25,947 nucleotides of DNA from a virus, in UHGV virus genome UHGV-0145877; one strand, 5' to 3'. Position numbers and translations under genes: made by a program. The notes beneath the pieces are model-generated. The model had not been told where the DNA came from. It was given only the letters and a program-made list of their open reading frames with translations, and did no database searches. Below are positions 17,234-25,947 of the stretch, piece by piece. Numbering within the stretch: position 1 is the stretch's first letter; each line of letters starts with the position of its first letter.

Positions 17234-18454
17234 TTACCCTTTACGGTTTGCCCAGAATTCGGCGTTTTGTTTGTTCAGGGAAGCGATACTGGTCATGCCC
17301 ATGTTTGGGCGCTGTGCATCGCCGGTGGTGGCGCGGGTGTTTCGCCCTTTGGCAATCTCAGACACGGCATTAAACGCCATGTCGACCGATTGTTTCGGTA
17401 ATTTGCGGATATCCGCATCGCCGACTATCTGGCGAACCAGCGTTTTGTCAGCAGAAGCCAGAACCTCGCGTTTGAACGCGGTCGGTTTCATCTTACGGCT
17501 CAGATCGATACCCGGAACGATAACTTCGGCACGCCAGGCTGAGTCACCAGTAATCGTGGTTTCCTCTTCATCGTCCTCGCCGTCACCGGTCGGATTATCG
17601 TCAGGCTTATTGTCGTTATCGCCCGTCGCATTTCCTTCCAGCTTAGCCAGCAGGGCTTTCAGTAATGTTTTGAGGTCATCATCACTGTCGCCGGTTGGAC
17701 CTCCGCCCATCTCTGGTGCTTTGTCCGGTAGCGGTTGCTGCGGGGACAGGTTGATGTTGAGATTAACGCCCTGCGGCAAATCCCCCTCATCTCCTGTAAC
17801 CGATGCGGGAGCCGACTCCACCAGTTCGTTCATGGTGTCAGCGTCACCCGTTTTGATGGCCGTGCGCATGCGGGTCCACCAGCTTTTCTTTTGATTTGCC
17901 ATTGTGTCTCTGTCTCCAATTGCACAACGATTTCCGGCTCTGCCTTTAGGGACAAGAGCCACATGGTTTCCGGTAATATCGACCTGCTCGGCTTTACCTG
18001 GCTCGGTCTGCTCATACTCCGCGTCATAGCCGCACGACACTTCGCGCAGGCCATCTTCGATAAGCTGAATGGCGCTTTCGTCTTTGACGATAAGGTCAGC
18101 CAGCATCAAATCAGACAGCTCACCCGTCCCGCGCCGGACATTCTGGAGGTGCCCGACAGCAAGCTCTTTCCAGTTCTCGGGATTTACCAGCCGCACATTC
18201 CCGTTTTCATCTTCAGGATGCAGAATCGTGATGCTCATCCCTTCGAATGAGGCAAGCGTGGCCGGATGGAATACCTGCTCAGGAGAACGCGTGACGACTA
18301 TTTCACCGAACTTATCGGGTTTCAGTTTTGGCAGGTCATCAGCACCATAGAGCTGCTTACCTGTTCGTCCTATCGGCACGTCTTTGCACAGCAACGAGCC
18401 GTCAGCCAGCTGATAGCGGGTTTCCCCCAGCCGGGTATTGAAAAAATATTTCAT
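17234..18454 (-). CDS. Head scaffolding (or prohead protease/scaffold) protein
   Basis: 406-aa ORF with a central highly acidic low-complexity tract (GDNDNKPDDNPTGDGEDDEEETT), located between the head morphogenesis and capsid genes. Confidence 0.5.
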   Translation of the reverse strand: MKYFFNTRLGETRYQLADGSLLCKDVPIGRTGKQLYGADDLPKLKPDKFGEIVVTRSPEQVFHPATLASFEGMSITILHPEDENGNVRLVNPENWKELAVGHLQNVRRGTGELSDLMLADLIVKDESAIQLIEDGLREVSCGYDAEYEQTEPGKAEQVDITGNHVALVPKGRAGNRCAIGDRDTMANQKKSWWTRMRTAIKTGDADTMNELVESAPASVTGDEGDLPQGVNLNINLSPQQPLPDKAPEMGGGPTGDSDDDLKTLLKALLAKLEGNATGDNDNKPDDNPTGDGEDDEEETTITGDSAWRAEVIVPGIDLSRKMKPTAFKREVLASADKTLVRQIVGDADIRKLPKQSVDMAFNAVSEIAKGRNTRATTGDAQRPNMGMTSIASLNKQNAEFWANRKG

Positions 18455-18468
18455 GTGTTACCTGCGAT

Positions 18469-19242
18469 TCAGGCGGGATAAGAATGGGAGGTGGGAAAAA
18501 CGATTTCTTTATAACAGCGACAATTCGGGAGCTCGCCAGCGTGACCGGTCATGCCATCAAGCGTTGGAGGTTTGCCCCATTCGACAAATTTACCTTCCAT
18601 TTCCCGATGAGAATGCCTGACGTCACCATCTTCGGCTGTACGCCAGATATAACCATTCGAACCAATTGACAGCGCACGCGCCTGATCCAGCGCGCCGGTT
18701 GCACGTCCAAGTTCAGTACGGGCAATCAGGTCAACTCTGGACTTTGCTATATCACCCGATGCGGCTATTTCTTTAGCAAAATGTTCTGCTCTCCCGCCGG
18801 TCACAACAGCTTCTGTCGCCCGATTCTGGATGTCGTACACCCTGTCAGCCGCCTCGAGGGGGAGCGATTTGATGTACTTGACCTGTTCGGCGATGATGGA
18901 TTGCATCACCTGGCCCACAGGAGCGCTTTCCACAAGATTGCGGAGCTCGCGACTGATGTTCTTGCTGTGTTGCCGCCAAACTTTCTCGTTCTGCCGGGTT
19001 AGGTCCGCAGTAAAGTTTTCCGCGACCTTTGTCGCCCAGGGGGTGATGATTTTACTGTAGCGTTCCAGCGCCTCAATAATTTCCGTGATACTGTCATTTG
19101 AACCATCGTAGTGACCATTGACGATGTCTCCGACCGCCCGCGCTATCCTGCGTAGGCTGGTTCGATAGCGGATTTCCGCCTGACGGTTCCTGCGGTTCGT
19201 CATCAGGTTCGCCGATGCCGGGCGGCGCTTCATCTTCGGCAT
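18469..19242 (-). CDS. Head morphogenesis protein (Mu F / SPP1 gp7-like minor head protein)
   Basis: C-terminal NCRCY motif and position directly after the portal. The ORF-track start overlaps the portal gene by 149 nt, so the true start is probably an internal Met (for example M14). Confidence 0.65.
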   Translation of the reverse strand: MPKMKRRPASANLMTNRRNRQAEIRYRTSLRRIARAVGDIVNGHYDGSNDSITEIIEALERYSKIITPWATKVAENFTADLTRQNEKVWRQHSKNISRELRNLVESAPVGQVMQSIIAEQVKYIKSLPLEAADRVYDIQNRATEAVVTGGRAEHFAKEIAASGDIAKSRVDLIARTELGRATGALDQARALSIGSNGYIWRTAEDGDVRHSHREMEGKFVEWGKPPTLDGMTGHAGELPNCRCYKEIVFPTSHSYPA

Positions 19243-20560
19243 TCTCGATGTCCTCGTCGGTAATGGATGCCCCGATGCCGGTTACGTCAGAATTTTCGCG
19301 CAAATCAGTCATAGCGGCTTTCAGTGTCATCAGACCATCACCCAGCGCCGTACTGATTGCGTTGGTGGTGTTTAACGCCACCGTTGAGCGATCGACATCA
19401 GACATTTGCCAGAGCGGGTTAAACTCAAACGTGAAATCATCCGGGAGCGGCTTGCCAAGTTCCGAACGATGCATGATGTCCAGTATCCGACGCACCGGAA
19501 GACGTAAACGCCTCTCCTGCAACGAACTGATGCGGTCGTAATAGTTGGCAAGGTCTGCATCACCGGTAGAAAATCCTTTCGGGGACTGTCCGAACAACCG
19601 CACCAGTGGGATACCAACAGCGCCACTAATCTGTTCTGCAAACTGTGATAGGATGTCATCCAGACCACTGAAGCTGTACTGATGCGTTTCAAACTTATCC
19701 CGCGAGTCCATGAGCGTCATGCCTTCATTGCTCTGGAACTGTCGAATCAGGTCGATATTCTTCAGCAACGCTTCATACGCAGGACCACCAAGTGCGATAA
19801 GCTCGCGTAGCTTCTCCACGCTGTAGGTACGCAAATGCGCTTTGTAGACCAGCTGCGCCGCGCCGACAGTAGCGCTGTCGAACGCGGTAAGACGATCCCA
19901 GATACGCTCTACAACCGACATTCCCCATTCGTTCTCGGTCATCTTCTGCTGAAATGGCAGCGTGACGCCATCAAAGCGAATCAGTCGACTGTGATGAATG
20001 CGCCAGGCAGGAATTCCCGTTGCTGTGGTCACCACATCGTAAAACTCAGGTTTACCCAGGTCCGGCCCCATATCTTTAATGCGGCGGGTCAGTACCGGGT
20101 CAATCATCCAGCGGTCGAGCGGGAGAATCCCCTTAAACTTGCCCTTACCGATGGTTTCGGGTCGCAGCGGGGTCATTGGTGCCTGCCCCTCAATCATGAT
20201 GAAACCCACCGCGCCGCCGTAGAGGCGCGACCATTTCAGCACGTCATTCAGCGCATCCCAGATTTGCAACTCATCCAGTTGTGATTCGAGAATGCCACGA
20301 TCTTTTGCATCAATTTCCGAAGTGATGCGAATGCCTTTGCGGGTCATATCATCCGGGATAGCATCGACTGCTTCGCCGATGATCCAGGATGAACGATAGG
20401 ACCATTCCACCAGCATGCGGTTACGACTGGTGAAATTAGCCCGGTAGGTGGATGCTGAGTGCTGGTTAGGTGTCTGCATCCCTACGCGGGCAATAAAATT
20501 CTCATAACCATCAGCTGTGGCCTGCGCAGTTCGCCGCAGGGCTCGTTTGTTTCGTGCCAT
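19094..20560 (-). CDS. Portal protein
   Basis: 488-aa ORF immediately after the large terminase (ATGA overlap), with the acidic C-terminal tail common in portals. Confidence 0.7.
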   Translation of the reverse strand: MARNKRALRRTAQATADGYENFIARVGMQTPNQHSASTYRANFTSRNRMLVEWSYRSSWIIGEAVDAIPDDMTRKGIRITSEIDAKDRGILESQLDELQIWDALNDVLKWSRLYGGAVGFIMIEGQAPMTPLRPETIGKGKFKGILPLDRWMIDPVLTRRIKDMGPDLGKPEFYDVVTTATGIPAWRIHHSRLIRFDGVTLPFQQKMTENEWGMSVVERIWDRLTAFDSATVGAAQLVYKAHLRTYSVEKLRELIALGGPAYEALLKNIDLIRQFQSNEGMTLMDSRDKFETHQYSFSGLDDILSQFAEQISGAVGIPLVRLFGQSPKGFSTGDADLANYYDRISSLQERRLRLPVRRILDIMHRSELGKPLPDDFTFEFNPLWQMSDVDRSTVALNTTNAISTALGDGLMTLKAAMTDLRENSDVTGIGASITDEDIENAEDEAPPGIGEPDDEPQEPSGGNPLSNQPTQDSAGGRRHRQWSLRWFK

Positions 20561-22182
20561 CAGGCCTGTCTCCCTAGCAGCTCCCAGATGTTCAGGGCTG
20601 AATTCATTGGGGCATAGTTGATCATCACCGAGTCGGCAAGGTTTGGCGACCGGGTTCCATCAGGCTGTTTATCAATAACGATTTTTCCCACACTATTAAT
20701 GGAATAGGTCGGCTGCGAAAGCTCGATGATGAGTTTATCTTTGAGTGCCATGCTACTGCTGATTGAGATGATTTCGTCCGGGTTGTAAGCCATACCTTCA
20801 ACCACGGCGCGCCAGGTATTCTGAAAAAGTTTACGTAACCGCCACCAGCTCTGGGCTTTGGCGTTAGCGAAGAAGTCCTTGTTAAGACGTGCGGCTTGCC
20901 CGTTGTCCCCGCGAACAGCTTCATCATCCGGATCAAATACCGCGCCACTACCTCGAAACGGTGTGGCGAGTATTGACGGTCGGCGCGCAGCGTTACGCAG
21001 TTCGTTGATAGCGCGTGCATCGCCGCGAACGCCAGCGCCCAGCCCGTCCTCGTCAAAGCGAAACTCTTCGAGGTTGTCCTGTTCGCAAAAGCCGAAAACC
21101 TTCTCGACGGACTGATAAATGTCGCTGCCCACACCGGACCATTCCCGCACATTCTCCAGAAGGAAGCCATGACGGGTGGAAAAGGCATTTTTGTCCCTGC
21201 CTTCGTCGGCGACATCCATCGCGCCAAGTCGTTTGCCTGTTGGCTGGATCCCCAGTTTGATATGCGCATCAACGGCAGCCTGTACCCATTCGGATGGAAT
21301 CAGGACGCCTTCCGCTGATGCGCTGTAGTTCAGATCAAGTTCCTGTGCCACCACCACCGGATTATCGATTTTCTCGCATTCCCTGCGATACCACTCTTCA
21401 TCCTTGCGAGGATCATCCCGCCAGTGGAATGTGAATACCGGTATCTTCCCGCCATGACGCTTCTGAGCGAACGGGTTCGCCATGCCATTAACTGAACTCA
21501 GGTCAATACGGCAACGCGTCGTTTGTGACAACGCCGCATCAATCAGCAGAGGACGCTGAAGGAATGCAGCCTCATCAACCAGATAAAGCGTGGTACGGTC
21601 ACCACGACCAATATTATCGCCAGCCTCGCCTTTGATAACGGCACCAGTTTCAGGAAACTCAACACGCATATATGGCGCGTGCTTCTTCTCGCTCCACGAA
21701 CCGCGAAACTCTACAGGTAGTGTTTCCACGAACTTGCGCGCCTTCCAGAACAATGCTTTCGGGTCACCGGTGCTGTCGACGTATTCCTCTTTACGGGAGC
21801 CGAAACCGATAACCATTTCTTTGTTGAAGAGACAAAGCGAGCAGGCCAGTCCGATCGCGGTCCAACTGAGCCCCATTTCACGGGATTTTTCGGTAATACC
21901 ATTCTCCCGATTGCCCCAGCGTTCCATAATCCAGTGGATCCACTCCTCCTGCTTAGGGAAGAGTAAAAACGGAATGGTCACCGGCAGGCCATAATCAATA
22001 TTACGCGGGTCCGTTGTCATGCCCCAGTCGATGATGAACTGAGCCGGATTGGTTCGGTAAAACTGTTTTAGTGCAGGCAATATTTCAGGATTCTGGCGAA
22101 TGCGCTGTAAGCGTTCCATCCGCCATTCAAAAACCATCTGGTAATCAGGATGTTTAAAATCGAAGGGGAATGGTAACGGCAT
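20560..22182 (-). CDS. Terminase large subunit
   Basis: 540-aa ORF following the small terminase with a 2-nt gap. Size and position fit an ATPase-plus-nuclease terminase. Confidence 0.8.
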   Translation of the reverse strand: MPLPFPFDFKHPDYQMVFEWRMERLQRIRQNPEILPALKQFYRTNPAQFIIDWGMTTDPRNIDYGLPVTIPFLLFPKQEEWIHWIMERWGNRENGITEKSREMGLSWTAIGLACSLCLFNKEMVIGFGSRKEEYVDSTGDPKALFWKARKFVETLPVEFRGSWSEKKHAPYMRVEFPETGAVIKGEAGDNIGRGDRTTLYLVDEAAFLQRPLLIDAALSQTTRCRIDLSSVNGMANPFAQKRHGGKIPVFTFHWRDDPRKDEEWYRRECEKIDNPVVVAQELDLNYSASAEGVLIPSEWVQAAVDAHIKLGIQPTGKRLGAMDVADEGRDKNAFSTRHGFLLENVREWSGVGSDIYQSVEKVFGFCEQDNLEEFRFDEDGLGAGVRGDARAINELRNAARRPSILATPFRGSGAVFDPDDEAVRGDNGQAARLNKDFFANAKAQSWWRLRKLFQNTWRAVVEGMAYNPDEIISISSSMALKDKLIIELSQPTYSINSVGKIVIDKQPDGTRSPNLADSVMINYAPMNSALNIWELLGRQA

Positions 22183-22184
22183 AC

Positions 22185-22736
22185 TTAGCCCATCATTTTT
22201 CTATACGCCTCTGCAGCCTGCTCCGGCGTTAAGTTGGTAATTTCTGTTCTGACTGGTCCTCCATCAGCGCCAGTCACTTCATTTTTGACGTTGTCTTTAA
22301 ACGCCTGAACAGAAACATGACGCCCAAGCAACTCAAGGTTTTTAACCTTATCAGGCCATTTGATTTTCTTCAGAAGTGCGGCGCTATCTGCGGATACCAT
22401 CTCCACGACATCCATTCCTGATAGCGTTGTGCGCCATACCTTAGGCCAGTCTTTAATGGGTTTTAGCTCACCGTTTTGCAGGAGAATGTCGAGCACATCC
22501 ATCTGGTCGATTTCAAGAAGGCGATTAAGTACGTATTCTGCATTTATTCCAACAGAGTCATTGCGTTGTGCTTTCAATTCGGAGATTCTGAATTGTATGT
22601 CAGGTTTTGACATGTTTTCGGACGCAGTACGGTTGGCTGTCTTTGCGCTGTACCCCGCCCGAATAGCCGCTTGCGTGGCGTTTAAATCGATGAGGTACTC
22701 GCGACAGAACATTTCTTGTTTGTCAGTGAGCGCCAT
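22185..22736 (-). CDS. Terminase small subunit
   Basis: N-terminus [30 protein letters not shown] is the characteristic small-terminase helix-turn-helix motif. AGGGGA Shine-Dalgarno upstream of the ATG at 22736. Confidence 0.75.
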   Translation of the reverse strand: MALTDKQEMFCREYLIDLNATQAAIRAGYSAKTANRTASENMSKPDIQFRISELKAQRNDSVGINAEYVLNRLLEIDQMDVLDILLQNGELKPIKDWPKVWRTTLSGMDVVEMVSADSAALLKKIKWPDKVKNLELLGRHVSVQAFKDNVKNEVTGADGGPVRTEITNLTPEQAAEAYRKMMG

Positions 22737-22763
22737 ATTTTCCCCTGCTGATAAGGTAAATAA

Positions 22764-23288
22764 ATGAATCCTGAAATTTTTGAATCAAAGTTCATAATGA
22801 ACGAAGCAACTTGGCAACGAATTGAAAGGTTAGTAAATACTGAAGATGATATTGGTTTGGTTTTAAGAGTACATCTGATTACAGAAGCAATGATTGAGGC
22901 ATTTTGTTGCGCCGCTGTAGGTAACCAAAATCTATTTGATGGATTTGGTGAAAACTTAACCATGACCTATGCCGCAAAAATTCAGCTAGCTGCCAACCTC
23001 GGCCTAAATGAACACTCCGTCGCAGAACTTAAACGCCTAAATAGAATAAGAAATGTTCGCTCTCATCAAATAGACAACCCGGAAATAACTGACGCAGAAA
23101 TTGAATCATTACGAACATTTATTAGCCGAGGTGGTCAGGAAGATCTCATTAACTCAGCAAGATTCGGCATAAAAGTTGGAGACATTGAGCTGAATCTTAA
23201 CCGTCCAGATGCCAATAATCGTGAAAAATTCATAGCTATTCTTGGCAGCATCATCCTAAGGCTCACTAAACAAGTTGCAGGACAATAG
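22764..23288 (+). CDS. HEPN-motif protein (putative Abi-like RNase), lysogen-expressed accessory gene
   Basis: 174-aa plus-strand ORF, antisense to the late operon. R-x4-H motif (RNVRSH, R96 to H101, nt 23049-23066) within a predicted helical protein. Clearly AT-rich. ATG at 22764 with TAAGGT 8 nt upstream. Confidence 0.6.
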   Translation: MNPEIFESKFIMNEATWQRIERLVNTEDDIGLVLRVHLITEAMIEAFCCAAVGNQNLFDGFGENLTMTYAAKIQLAANLGLNEHSVAELKRLNRIRNVRSHQIDNPEITDAEIESLRTFISRGGQEDLINSARFGIKVGDIELNLNRPDANNREKFIAILGSIILRLTKQVAGQ

Positions 23289-23869
23289 AGATCATTGACT
23301 GAGCTAATTGATTGTTTTAGCGCATAAACCTATACCACAAAATAGCCACTTATCACGCTTCATCATTCAATTCTGGCGTGAACTGTATGCGCCTCACATT
23401 GTCGGGAGAGAAATACAGTCACTCTCCCGTCTCGATCACAAGCGGCACAAAGCCGTTAACCAACTCATGCTGAAATCGTGACGTCTTGCTCGTAACGGTT
23501 TCGCCTGTTTGGGTGGTTAACGTGATTTGGTAGATGTTGGACATTGAGAATCTCTTTATCCGCTTGTGGGGATATCAGTTAAGTTATCCCGTGTAGGGTA
23601 TAAGCCATTGTCGAGACCACTCATTGAATGGACTCTGCAATAACCGATGTCTTTCCATCAGTCCGCCACCACAAAGAATCTTTTTTGCCATAAGGCAGGA
23701 GGTTCATCTTTCAGTGGCTGCCAGTGTTATTTCCCCACTTACTGGCTTGGGTTGCTTCGCGGTACTGCCGTAACTGGTTACCCAGAATAAATTCCGGTTT
23801 CATTATCAAGCCCACCCGTAAATGGGCTTTGTAATGAAGAGTTGTTATGAAAATTGCTCTAAACAAGCA

Positions 23870-24358
23870 TTAATAGCCATCAGAAGTAATCGCTACAGAT
23901 TTCAATCCCTCAATGTCATCCTTGGACAGGGCGAACCATTCACCGTGCTTTCTCTTTGCGGCAAATTTGCGATGAAGCATGTTTTCAGTTTCTCTTCCAC
24001 CAGGGATCAGGCACTCAAGCTTCAAGCAGTCTGGTCCAGAGTTGCCAAGCGATTTGATGCGTTGTGGAATGTTGGATGAATACCCAATTTTGGTTAGCCC
24101 AGTTTTCTTCGATGACAAAACGTATACCTGAGGAGGTTCTTTTCTCTGGTCTTCCATTACACGTCTCATTGTTGCCATAAGTCCGCCGTGCATCAGCATT
24201 TCAACAAAGAACGCTGACCGAACACCTGACGACTTAAGCATGCCAGAAAATTCACTTGCCAATTCCATTAACTCTGCGATGTTTTCAGGAACTTTTTGGC
24301 AGTTATCTTCCTTGTATAAGGAAATCATTCTTTGAAGCTTTTCTTCTAATTGGTTCAT
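23870..24358 (-). CDS. T5orf172-like (GIY-YIG-like) domain protein
   Basis: C-terminal region VYVLSSKKTGLTKIGYSSNIPQRIKSL...HRKFAAKRKHGEWFALSKDDI resembles the T5orf172 domain. Probable start is the ATG at 24358 (AAGG Shine-Dalgarno); the ORF track extends to a GTG at 24514 with no Shine-Dalgarno. Confidence 0.5.
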   Translation of the reverse strand: MNQLEEKLQRMISLYKEDNCQKVPENIAELMELASEFSGMLKSSGVRSAFFVEMLMHGGLMATMRRVMEDQRKEPPQVYVLSSKKTGLTKIGYSSNIPQRIKSLGNSGPDCLKLECLIPGGRETENMLHRKFAAKRKHGEWFALSKDDIEGLKSVAITSDGY

Positions 24359-24699
24359 AGCGTCTTTACCTTTTAGAAAGTGAGCCTGTCTCACAGAAAA
24401 GCCGCCCGAGAGAGGTTGCCACCTATAACGGCATTTCTCAGGCTCACTTACTGAAAGGCTCTCGTTAATATGCGCGTGAGATGCGCGGTTTACTGCAGAT
24501 GTAAAAAGCCCCACAAATGCGAGGCTAAATCCTGGTATTTGTAATGACTGGCTCTTATCTCAACGCGGCCCCTTACCGCGCGCCAGATGCTCAATCTCAA
24601 GCATCAGCAATGAGATGTTTAATCTGGATTCACTCCAGAAGTGATCACCACCCTGTCTACAGAGCCAGATGTGAAGGATGATGAGTAAAATTATCGCTA

Positions 24700-25167
24700 T
24701 CATCGAAGGCATTGCGTCCTGATGTATTCCTGAAGCGTTCTCAGTGCTGTTTGGTCGCGGATAATTCCGTCCCGGACACCGAGAACGTTTCGTCCAGCAA
24801 CTGGAGAGAGTTCGACGGTGGCATCATTGCCCATGCCGGAGGCGCTGGAGGCTTCGGCTGAGGATGGCACAGGGCATTTTCCTTTGACGAACACCCGACC
24901 ACCATTATCAAGCTTGCGCCGAAGAGCATCATTTTCAGCTTTCGCATCAGCTAACTCCTTCGTGTATTTAGCATCGAGTGCATCAGCAGAACGCTGGCGC
25001 TGCTGCATGTCAGTAATGGTGGCGGTCGCCTGCTTCAGCTCACTGACTTTTTTATCGCGCTGCTCTTTGTAGGCGATGGCGTTATCACGGTAATGATTAA
25101 CAGCCCATGACAGGCAGACGATGATGCAGATAACCAGAGCGGAGATAATCGCGGTTACTCTGCTCAT
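24700..25167 (-). CDS. Rz: Rz-like inner-membrane spanin
   Basis: N-terminus [31 protein letters not shown] matches lambda Rz as I recall it. ATGA overlap with R. C-terminal half diverges from lambda. Confidence 0.85.
   Translation of the reverse strand: MSRVTAIISALVICIIVCLSWAVNHYRDNAIAYKEQRDKKVSELKQATATITDMQQRQRSADALDAKYTKELADAKAENDALRRKLDNGGRVFVKGKCPVPSSAEASSASGMGNDATVELSPVAGRNVLGVRDGIIRDQTALRTLQEYIRTQCLR
24741..24947 (-). CDS. Rz1: Rz1-like outer-membrane lipoprotein spanin, embedded in Rz in the +1 frame
   Basis: 68-aa ORF wholly inside Rz. Signal peptide with lipobox VVGC and a proline-rich stretch ([11 protein letters not shown]), as in lambda Rz1. Confidence 0.8.
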   Translation of the reverse strand: MRKLKMMLFGASLIMVVGCSSKENALCHPQPKPPAPPAWAMMPPSNSLQLLDETFSVSGTELSATKQH

Positions 25168-25640
25168 GCCTCAATCTCTCTGACCGTTCCGCCTACTTCT
25201 TTGAATTTTGCAATCAGGCTGTCAGCCTTATGCTCGAACTGACCATAACCAGCCCCCGGCAGTGAAGCCCAGATATTGCTGCAACGGTCGATTGCCTGAC
25301 GGATATCACCGCGATCAATCATCGGTAAAGCGCCACGCTCTTTAATCTGCTGCAGTGCAACAGCGTCCTGGCTTTTCGGAGAGAAGTCTTTCAGGCCAAG
25401 CTGCTTACGATAGGCATCCCACCAACGGGAAAGAAGCTGGTAACGTCCGGCTGCTGTTGATTTGAGTTTTGGGTTTAGCGTGACAAGTTTGCGAGGGTGA
25501 TCGGAGTAATCAGTGAATAGCTCTCCGCCAACAATGACGTCATAACCATGATTTCTGGTTTTCTGCCGTCCGTTATCAGTTCCCTCTGACCACGCCAGCA
25601 TATCGAGGAACGCCTTACGTTGATTATTGATTTCCACCAT
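25164..25640 (-). CDS. R: Endolysin (lambda R-type lytic transglycosylase)
   Basis: [39 protein letters not shown]... is near-identical to lambda R as I remember it. Confidence 0.9.
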   Translation of the reverse strand: MVEINNQRKAFLDMLAWSEGTDNGRQKTRNHGYDVIVGGELFTDYSDHPRKLVTLNPKLKSTAAGRYQLLSRWWDAYRKQLGLKDFSPKSQDAVALQQIKERGALPMIDRGDIRQAIDRCSNIWASLPGAGYGQFEHKADSLIAKFKEVGGTVREIEA

Positions 25641-25947
25641 CTTCTACTCCGGCTTTTTTAGCAGCGAAGCGTTTGATAAGCGAACCAATCGTGTCAGTAC
25701 CGATGTAGCCGATGAACACGCTCGTTATATAAGCGAGATTGCTACTTAGTCCGGCGAAGTCGAGAAGGTCACGAATGAACCAGGCGATAATGGCGCACAT
25801 CGTTGCGTCGATTACTGTTTTTGTAAACGCACCGCCATTATATCTGCCGCGAAGGTACGCCATTGCAAACGCAAGGATTGCCCCGATGCCTTGTTCCTTT
25901 GCCGCGAGAATGGCGGCTAACAGGTCATGTTTTTCTGGCATCTCCAT
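25624..25947 (-). CDS. S: Holin (lambda S-type, class I) with dual-start Met1/Met3
   Basis: [39 protein letters not shown]... is near-identical to lambda S107. The start codon occupies the last 3 nt of the window, so upstream context is not visible. Confidence 0.9.
   Translation of the reverse strand: MEMPEKHDLLAAILAAKEQGIGAILAFAMAYLRGRYNGGAFTKTVIDATMCAIIAWFIRDLLDFAGLSSNLAYITSVFIGYIGTDTIGSLIKRFAAKKAGVEDGGNQ

Larger units (their letters stand above)
1..25947. mobile_element. Prophage late region (lysis, packaging, head, contractile tail, baseplate, tail fiber) with embedded accessory genes
   Basis: Contiguous minus-strand run of phage structural and lysis genes in canonical order with short overlaps between neighbours (ATGA/TGATG-type stop-start junctions checked at several gene boundaries). 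Lambda-like S/R/Rz/Rz1 at the high-coordinate end. Confidence 0.9.

Noticed and set aside
17193-18250. 233-aa and 171-aa plus-strand ORFs antisense to the scaffold gene
   Set aside because: Ser/Pro-rich antisense translations of the acidic low-complexity scaffold region; no independent signals.
20625-21272. 215-aa minus-strand ORF in an alternative frame inside the large terminase gene
   Set aside because: It is fully contained in the terminase gene in another frame with an Arg/Ser/Pro-rich translation, and terminase continuity leaves no room for it.
23822-24079. 85-aa plus-strand ORF overlapping the 3' end of the T5orf172-like gene
   Set aside because: Antisense overlap with the better-supported minus-strand gene, and no ribosome-binding site.
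1-25947. CRISPR arrays, tRNA or rRNA genes
   Set aside because: No regularly spaced direct repeats with unique spacers were seen, and no cloverleaf-compatible segments were evident in the few intergenic regions. The only repeats are the two 36-nt elements at 17-52 and 259-294.

Overview
This window is about 26 kb of the late region of an integrated temperate phage, almost entirely coded on the minus strand and most likely from an enterobacterial host (the lysis genes are near-identical to lambda S and R as I recall them). Reading in the direction of transcription (high to low coordinates): a lambda-type lysis cassette (holin S, endolysin R, Rz with embedded Rz1); an accessory locus with a T5orf172-like gene and a plus-strand HEPN-motif gene; small and large terminase; portal; head morphogenesis protein; scaffold; decoration protein; a putative major capsid gene split by an in-frame TAG; head-tail joining genes; contractile-tail sheath and tube; a tail assembly chaperone with a -1 frameshift site; tape measure; baseplate genes; a second accessory island (a secreted protein plus an AT-rich two-gene cassette with its own promoter-like signal and terminator); baseplate spike, W-, J- and I-like genes; tail fiber and tail fiber assembly protein; then a plus-strand AT-rich acyltransferase-3 gene and a repeat-bearing non-coding end. 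The two strongest candidates for an undescribed system are the two-gene cassette at 5878-7030 and the HEPN-motif gene at 22764-23288, which sits where lambda carries bor. No tRNA, rRNA or CRISPR array was seen. All functional calls rest on recognition of protein motifs and gene order by eye, not on database searches. Coordinates follow the ORF track except where I checked the start codon by hand.
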